This document shows positions 58,688 to 64,000 of a stretch of DNA of 64,000 nucleotides, piece after piece; position 1 is the stretch's first letter; the number at the start of each line of letters is the position of its first letter. The translations under genes and the position numbers were made by a program. Under the pieces are notes generated by a model. That model searched no databases. It was not told the origin of the DNA and saw only the letters and a list, made by a program, of their open reading frames with translations. Source of the DNA: Candidatus Woesearchaeota archaeon (GTDB lineage Archaea; Nanobdellota; Nanobdellia; Pacearchaeales; GW2011-AR1); contig CAYORV010000001.1 of NCBI GenBank assembly GCA_964406515.1, positions 33,956-97,955 on the forward strand. Reading direction: 5' to 3'.

Positions 58688-59139
58688 AAGTTGTTTATAC
58701 ATATGTTGTTGCAGATTTATTGCATATGGGGCATGTTCTTTATTTAGAAAATGCTAGAACCTTCGGAGATAAATTAATTGTGGGGGTTTTAACAGACAAA
58801 GCTGCAATGGAAAAAAAACCAAAACCTGCCTTGGCTTTTAGTGAAAGAATGAGATTAGTAAAGGCACTTAAGTGTGTTGATTGTGTTGTTGCTCAAGATG
58901 ATTATTCTCCAATAAATAACATAAAATCAATTAAACCCGATGTCTTAATTGAGAGTTCTAGTCATTCTGAAGAAAATTTGCTGAAAGTAAAAGAACTTGC
59001 GAATGCAATTTCATGTAAGGTTATTGTAATGCCTTATTATCCTGGTCAAAGTTCAACTCAGATTAAGGAAGGTATAAGAAACAATATTGCAGATTCAGGA
59101 AATCAAGATAGTTTGAATAAGGAACCAAGAAGGGAGTGA
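58684..59139 (+). CDS. Cytidylyltransferase (TagD/LicC-like, HxGH)
   Basis: 'VVYTYVVADLLHMGHVLYLENARTFGDKLIVGVLTD'. ATGA overlap with the upstream NPP gene. Confidence 0.65.
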   Translation: MKVVYTYVVADLLHMGHVLYLENARTFGDKLIVGVLTDKAAMEKKPKPALAFSERMRLVKALKCVDCVVAQDDYSPINNIKSIKPDVLIESSSHSEENLLKVKELANAISCKVIVMPYYPGQSSTQIKEGIRNNIADSGNQDSLNKEPRRE

Positions 59140-59140
59140 A

Positions 59141-60340
59141 ATGGGAAAAGATAAATTCTGGCAGATTTGGAGTTCTTATGCAACCTATTATTTTGGCAGA
59201 GTTAATTTATCTATTGTAATTCCTGTTTTACTTGCTACTTATGGTTTAACGAAATATCATCTTGGACTTGTGGCAAGTGGTTTCTTTTTTGCATATGCTA
59301 TAGGGCAATTTTTACATGGCCAATTATCTGAAAGATTTAATCCCTATACTTATTTGGCAATTGGTTTAATTGGTTCTGCTATAATGAATTTATTTTTGGG
59401 ATTTTCCATGGGATTTTTTTGGATATTATTTATTGGAGAAATAATGGATGGAAGTTTTCAGTCTATGGGTTGGAGTTCTGCTGTAAGGGCTAATGCGGAA
59501 AATTCAAGGAAATTGGGAAAGAATATAGAAAAAAGATCTTGTGCTCTTGGGACTTCTTATCAAATTGGAAATTCAATAACTTGGTTGGTCTCTTCATTAG
59601 TTGTTGGGTTATTTGGATGGCAATGGGGATTCTTGACAGCGAGCGGATTTATGTTCTTGAGAGGTATAACATTATTGATAAATAGGCCAAGAATGAAATT
59701 TGAAAAACAGAAAGTTCAAAAACAATTAAAGAAAACTATTCAACCACCCATAGTCATTGCTGGATTTGCAATGATGCTATTGAATATTGTGAGATATGGT
59801 ATTATTGTGTGGATTCCAACCTATTTAATTGAAGTTCAGGGCTCAAGTATTATTGGTGCAGGATTGAAGATTTTCTTAATCCCTGTCGCAGGGGTTTTTG
59901 GAACCCTTATTTATAATAAATCGAAGATGAACAGGGATTTTTTAACAATTATCTTTTTAGCTGTTTTAAGCTCCATATTCATATTTTATGGCTATTTATC
60001 TAACTTAATGTCTGTTGTTGTATTAATCCTAAGTGGATTTTTCTTATATGGTCCCCATGTTTTTTTAGTTTCAACCTTTCCAAGCAAATTTTTAAAGGAT
60101 AATGTTGTTGGAGCTTCTACTGGATTCATAGATGGTATGGCTTATGTTGGGGCTATTATTGTTGGATTGCTTGTTCCTTTTTTGCTGGATATTAGTAATT
60201 GGGCATTAGTATTCTTATCTTGGTCAACTTGCTGTTTAATGATTATCTTATTAGTCATGTTCTTATATGTTGATGCACAAGTAGATGGGAAAAAAGCAAA
60301 AGAAAGAGATATATTGAATCTTAAAGAAGCCATAGAATAA
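59141..60340 (+). CDS. Major facilitator superfamily transporter
   Basis: ~12 TM segments. 'GQLSERFNPY' MFS motif A-like loop. Confidence 0.55.
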   Translation: MGKDKFWQIWSSYATYYFGRVNLSIVIPVLLATYGLTKYHLGLVASGFFFAYAIGQFLHGQLSERFNPYTYLAIGLIGSAIMNLFLGFSMGFFWILFIGEIMDGSFQSMGWSSAVRANAENSRKLGKNIEKRSCALGTSYQIGNSITWLVSSLVVGLFGWQWGFLTASGFMFLRGITLLINRPRMKFEKQKVQKQLKKTIQPPIVIAGFAMMLLNIVRYGIIVWIPTYLIEVQGSSIIGAGLKIFLIPVAGVFGTLIYNKSKMNRDFLTIIFLAVLSSIFIFYGYLSNLMSVVVLILSGFFLYGPHVFLVSTFPSKFLKDNVVGASTGFIDGMAYVGAIIVGLLVPFLLDISNWALVFLSWSTCCLMIILLVMFLYVDAQVDGKKAKERDILNLKEAIE

Positions 60341-60341
60341 T

Positions 60342-61895
60342 CTATTTTAAGTGTTTGTTTCTTTTGAATTTTTTAAAAATAGTTTTTATTATATACAAAT
60401 CATGTTCATCTAAACATTTTGTTGTTAAGAGTAAAAGAGTATAAACCGCTAGGAAAAAAATACCGCAAAGGATTAGAGATAGCAAGTTTGTTTCCATAAA
60501 AGATTTAACAATCAGGAGTAATATCGCAGACACGATTGTTATTAATGTTATTCTAACCATCTTTTTTCTTAATGGAATAATTGAAAGATATTTTTTAGCT
60601 TGTATTAGGAACAATACATTTAGGATTACTAAAGAGGTCATTGTGGCAAAACCTGCTCCTGTAATTCCATACAATGGTACTAATACGAAATTAAGGATTG
60701 CGTTTAGAATCCCTGCGAAAATTAAATCTATCAAAAGAAGTTTAGATTTTCCTTTCATAGAGAGGAGTTCTTGCGAAATTCCGAAAAGTGTTGAGAATAA
60801 AACTCCAATAGATAAAAATCTTAGAGCATTTACTGCTACAAGATACTCCTGACCAAAAAGGAGATTAATAACTGCTCCGGGAAAAATAATAAAAAGAACA
60901 AAAATTGGCAGAACCATCATAAAAACCCATTTACCAACCTGTTGACTTAATTGTTTTACTATTTCAAGTCTTCCTTTAGAGAATTCTTTTGTTACAAGAG
61001 GGAAAAAAAGTTGGGAAAAAAACATCATTGGCAAAGACAATAACATGGCTATTGGGATAGCAGCATTATAAAAACCAACATCTTTTGCAGTTTGGAATAT
61101 TCCAATCATAAAAGAATCAACCCAATAAAAAATGAATGTGACAACGCCATAAAAAACTAATGGCCAAGAATAAGAAAACATTTCTTTAAAGGCTTTTTTA
61201 GTTTCTAAGTTTTTTATTTTCTTCTTTGAACTAAAGATTTCAGAAAGTGTAATCTTACAAACAAAATAAGAGGCGATGAATATTGAGAGGGTTCCAATTA
61301 AATAAGATATTGGAACAGATTTTGAATTTATCCCAAAAAAGATTAACAGAATTAAAATTGCTAGTTTGATAAAATTTCCTAAAATATTTGCGATAAAAGA
61401 GAACCACCCTATTTTTTCATAAGCTCTTAAAACAGATAATAAAGTTTCTCCTAAAACCGCTAGAGGAACAGTAATACTAAAAATTTTTAGAAAAATAATT
61501 AAATTAGGATCAGAGAATATTTTCAATGCAATAAATTCGGAAAAAAAGAATAATAAAATACCTGCTATGATACTTGTAATGATTAAGATAATAAAGGAGA
61601 TTTTTATTAAACCTCGAATTTTCCCTTTTTCTCCTTTCCCCCTTAGTAGAGAGACATGTCTTAGAAGTCCTTGTTTAATTCCCAAATTAGAAATGACTCT
61701 AAACCAACTAAATAGCATAACTGATAAGGCAAATAAACCATAGATTTCTGGACCATAATGCCGAGCAATTACTATCCTATATCCATAAAAAATTATCTTT
61801 GATAAAAAAAGTCCAATAAAAACTATTATTGAAGATTTGGCCAGTAATTTTAATCCGGTTTTTATCCCTGCTTCATTGTCTTTCTCTAAGTTCAT
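60342..61895 (-). CDS. Wzx-like polysaccharide/oligosaccharide flippase (MOP superfamily)
   Basis: 517 aa, 12-14 TM helices. N-terminal 'LLAKSSIIVFIGLFLSKIIFYGYRIVIARHYGPEIYGLF', typical of polysaccharide-biosynthesis (Wzx) proteins. Confidence 0.65.
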   Translation of the reverse strand: MNLEKDNEAGIKTGLKLLAKSSIIVFIGLFLSKIIFYGYRIVIARHYGPEIYGLFALSVMLFSWFRVISNLGIKQGLLRHVSLLRGKGEKGKIRGLIKISFIILIITSIIAGILLFFFSEFIALKIFSDPNLIIFLKIFSITVPLAVLGETLLSVLRAYEKIGWFSFIANILGNFIKLAILILLIFFGINSKSVPISYLIGTLSIFIASYFVCKITLSEIFSSKKKIKNLETKKAFKEMFSYSWPLVFYGVVTFIFYWVDSFMIGIFQTAKDVGFYNAAIPIAMLLSLPMMFFSQLFFPLVTKEFSKGRLEIVKQLSQQVGKWVFMMVLPIFVLFIIFPGAVINLLFGQEYLVAVNALRFLSIGVLFSTLFGISQELLSMKGKSKLLLIDLIFAGILNAILNFVLVPLYGITGAGFATMTSLVILNVLFLIQAKKYLSIIPLRKKMVRITLITIVSAILLLIVKSFMETNLLSLILCGIFFLAVYTLLLLTTKCLDEHDLYIIKTIFKKFKRNKHLK

Positions 61896-61960
61896 ATGGA
61901 AAACAGAAAAAATTAGCTTTTAATCTTTATGTAACAAATGTATATTTGAAAACCATAGTT

Positions 61961-61982
61961 ATAATAAATAAATCTTTATAAG
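61961..61982 (+). promoter_or_regulatory. TATA-like promoter (ataataaataaatcTTTATAAG)
   Basis: ~22 bp upstream of the ATG at 62004. Confidence 0.5.
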
Positions 61983-62003
61983 AAGATTCACGATAGGAAT
62001 TAA

Positions 62004-63809
62004 ATGGATGAAGAGGAAATAGAATTATTTGTTCCTGGGAGATTATGTCTATTTGGAGAACATTCTGATTGGGCTGGAGGACATAGAAGGCAGAATCCAG
62101 CTATTGAAAAAGGTTATACCATTGTGGCTCCGACTAATCAAGGAAATTATGCTAGAGTTAAGAAAATTGATGAGCCAATTTTTCGTTTTAAGAGCTCTTT
62201 ATCTGATGAGAAGATGGAGGTTCGATTAGAACCACAAGCATTATTGAAAATTGCGGAAGAGGGTGGGTTGTTTAGTTATGTTGCAGGTGTTGTGCATGAA
62301 ATAATTTGTAGTTATCATGGTTTTATGGAACAAGGAATTGAAATAGATAATTACAAAACCGATTTGCCAACCAAAAAGGGAATTTCAAGTTCTGCTTCTA
62401 TTTGTGTTTTAGTGGCTAAAGCATTTAATGAAATTTACAATTTAGGATTTACTAACAAAAGGATTATGGAACTTGCATATTTTGGAGAAATAACAACTCC
62501 TTCAAGATGTGGAAAGATGGATCAAGCTTGTGCTTATAATAAACCTATTTTGATGACTTTTGATGGAGATAAATTAAATGTTGAAGAGTTGAAATTAGAG
62601 AAGGAGATTAATATTTTGGTAGTTGATTTAAACAGGGGGAAAGATACTGTGAAGATTCTTGCTGATTTAAATGAGGGGTTTCCTTGGCCGAATAGTGAAG
62701 TGGAGAGGAGTATTCACCAATATCTCGGAAAAATGAATAAGAGCATTGTTATTTCGGCAAAAAAGGCATTAGAAAAAGGAGATGCTGTTAAGGTTGGTTG
62801 TATGATGGAATTGGCCCAAAACTTTTTTGATGAATATTTAATTCCTGCTTCTGGTGAACTTGAAGCTCCAACACTTCATTCTGTTTTAGGGATGCAAGAA
62901 ATAAAAGAATTTATTTATGGTGGGAAATGTGTTGGGAGTGGGGGAGATGGAAGTGCTCAATTAATCTGTAAATCTATTAGAGTTAGAGAGAAGGTTAAAG
63001 AAATTTTGACAATGAAAGGGTTTAATTGTTTTGATTTAGATTTAAAGAGTTCGATAGAACCCCCTAATAATAAAATCACTGCTGTAATCCCTGCAGGAGG
63101 TTTTGGATTAAGATTATACCCTTTGACTGAAAATCAACCGAAATCATTATTAGAAATTCAAGGAAAACCATTAATAGATTATACGATTGATAAGATAAAT
63201 GAAATTGAAAACATTGATAAGATAATTATAACAACAAACAATAAGTTTTATGAGAAATTTAAAGAATGGGGCAAAGAAAAAGGAGAAAAAATAAAAATAA
63301 TTAATAATGGTGTGAACAATGAACAGGAAGCCCTAAGTGGATTTGGAGACTTAATGCTTGCCATAAATAATGAAAAAGTTGAAGGGGATATCTTAGTCCT
63401 TGGCGGGGATAATCTTTTTGACTGTTCTCTAAAAGAGATTTATAAAATTTTTAGGGGCGAGGAAAAAGATCTCGCGGTTTGCTATGATGTAATGAATATT
63501 GAAAAAGCAAAAAGTTTGGGTGTTGCAGAAATTAAAGATAACTTAATCAGAAATTTTAAAGAAAAACCAGAAAATCCAAAATCCACCATATGTTCTACAA
63601 GCGCTTACTTCTACAAAAAAGAAACCCTACAATTGATTAAAGAGTTTGCAGAAAAACATCCTCGTGGACATTTAGGCACTATTTTAGAATATCTTTTCCA
63701 AAGAGTTCCAATTTATGCATATATCATAAAAGATAAATGGATAGATATAAATGATAAGACTGCTTTGAAATTAGCTGATTCCATTACTTATCGGGATTTA
63801 TCTTTTTGA
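62004..63809 (+). CDS. Bifunctional GHMP sugar-1-kinase (N-terminal) / sugar-1-phosphate nucleotidyltransferase (C-terminal)
   Basis: 'LFVPGRLCLFGEHSDWAGG' and 'LPTKKGISSSASICVLVAKA' (galactokinase-like GHMP motifs). C-term 'AVIPAGGFGLRLYPLTENQPKSLLEIQGKPLI'. Confidence 0.65.
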   Translation: MDEEEIELFVPGRLCLFGEHSDWAGGHRRQNPAIEKGYTIVAPTNQGNYARVKKIDEPIFRFKSSLSDEKMEVRLEPQALLKIAEEGGLFSYVAGVVHEIICSYHGFMEQGIEIDNYKTDLPTKKGISSSASICVLVAKAFNEIYNLGFTNKRIMELAYFGEITTPSRCGKMDQACAYNKPILMTFDGDKLNVEELKLEKEINILVVDLNRGKDTVKILADLNEGFPWPNSEVERSIHQYLGKMNKSIVISAKKALEKGDAVKVGCMMELAQNFFDEYLIPASGELEAPTLHSVLGMQEIKEFIYGGKCVGSGGDGSAQLICKSIRVREKVKEILTMKGFNCFDLDLKSSIEPPNNKITAVIPAGGFGLRLYPLTENQPKSLLEIQGKPLIDYTIDKINEIENIDKIIITTNNKFYEKFKEWGKEKGEKIKIINNGVNNEQEALSGFGDLMLAINNEKVEGDILVLGGDNLFDCSLKEIYKIFRGEEKDLAVCYDVMNIEKAKSLGVAEIKDNLIRNFKEKPENPKSTICSTSAYFYKKETLQLIKEFAEKHPRGHLGTILEYLFQRVPIYAYIIKDKWIDINDKTALKLADSITYRDLSF

Positions 63810-63810
63810 G

Positions 63811-63828
63811 CATATAACTTTATAAAAT
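63811..63828 (+). promoter_or_regulatory. TATA-like promoter (catataacTTTATAAAat)
   Basis: ~21 bp upstream of the ATG at 63848. Confidence 0.45.
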
Positions 63829-63847
63829 TGTTTTTCAAATAAATTTC

Positions 63848-64000
63848 ATGTCAGATGAAAAAGTGTCGATAATTATTCCGTGTAAGGAAATTGATTCTTT
63901 GACTGAAAAATGTCTTGAAGAATGTCTAAAATTAGATTATGATGATTTTGAAATCTTGGTTCTACCAGATGAATCGAATCAAGAAAATCAAAAAAGGTTT
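63848..64000 (+). CDS. Partial family 2 glycosyltransferase (3' end outside the window)
   Basis: 'VSIIIPCKEIDSLTEKCLEECLKLDYDDFEILVLPDE' GT2 N-terminus. Confidence 0.5.
   Translation, partial: MSDEKVSIIIPCKEIDSLTEKCLEECLKLDYDDFEILVLPDESNQENQKRF

Noticed and set aside
1-64000. tRNA, rRNA or other structured RNA genes; MpnS/HepD/HppE-type oxygenases
   Set aside because: Intergenic regions are short (mostly under 110 bp) and very AT-rich, without tRNA-like GC-rich stems. No ORF shows cupin-type His/Glu metal-binding spacing.

Overview
This 64 kb window is an AT-rich, very gene-dense surface-glycan biosynthesis island with roughly 58 protein-coding genes and no rRNA, tRNA or CRISPR. The host looks archaeal: many genes carry the same BRE/TATA-like motif (cctcaaYaatcTTTAWAAA) 20-35 bp upstream of the ATG, proteins are K/I/N/E-rich, and the heptose genes are of the GHMP-kinase (HddA/HddC) type.

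Main modules, in order along the window:
1. A complete NDP-heptose pathway (6.7-12.6 kb): HddC-like guanylyltransferase, two HddA-like GHMP kinases (one fused to a HAD phosphatase), GmhA isomerase, an SDR epimerase and an HldE-domain-II-like nucleotidyltransferase. The cassette is bracketed by two paralogous GT2 genes, and a GT9 heptosyltransferase sits at 40.2 kb.
2. A GDP-6-deoxyhexose/perosamine-like module (36.6-44.9 kb): a C-methyltransferase fused to a GDP-mannose 4,6-dehydratase, a second Gmd, a DegT/Per aminotransferase and a Gmm-like Nudix.
3. A putative two-carbon branching module (28.0-34.9 kb): ALS-like TPP enzyme, split E1alpha/E1beta-type TPP enzyme with the beta half fused to an SDR epimerase, aminotransferase, SDR and methyltransferase.
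4. Nine radical-SAM enzymes in total: five cobalamin-binding and four SPASM/twitch.
5. Glycosyltransferases of GT2, GT4, GT9 and GT-C type, a Wzx flippase and an MFS transporter.
6. A phosphonate biosynthesis cassette (50.9-55.9 kb) that closely resembles Fom3/Fom1/Fom2/FomC of fosfomycin biosynthesis: B12-radical-SAM, cytidylyltransferase-PEP mutase fusion, phosphonopyruvate decarboxylase, Fe-alcohol dehydrogenase. It is flanked by two NPP-family paralogs, another cytidylyltransferase, and a tandemly duplicated cassette of sulfatase-family (Thr-type) enzymes plus a small acidic RHH-like protein.

The likely product is a cytidylyl-activated 2-hydroxyethyl- or 2-hydroxypropyl-phosphonate that decorates a heptose/6-deoxyhexose-containing glycan. 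There are also several unusual enzyme fusions and a recombination scar (a truncated GT4 pseudogene plus a copied radical-SAM 3' end).

All functional calls come from motif recognition by eye. No database search was run.
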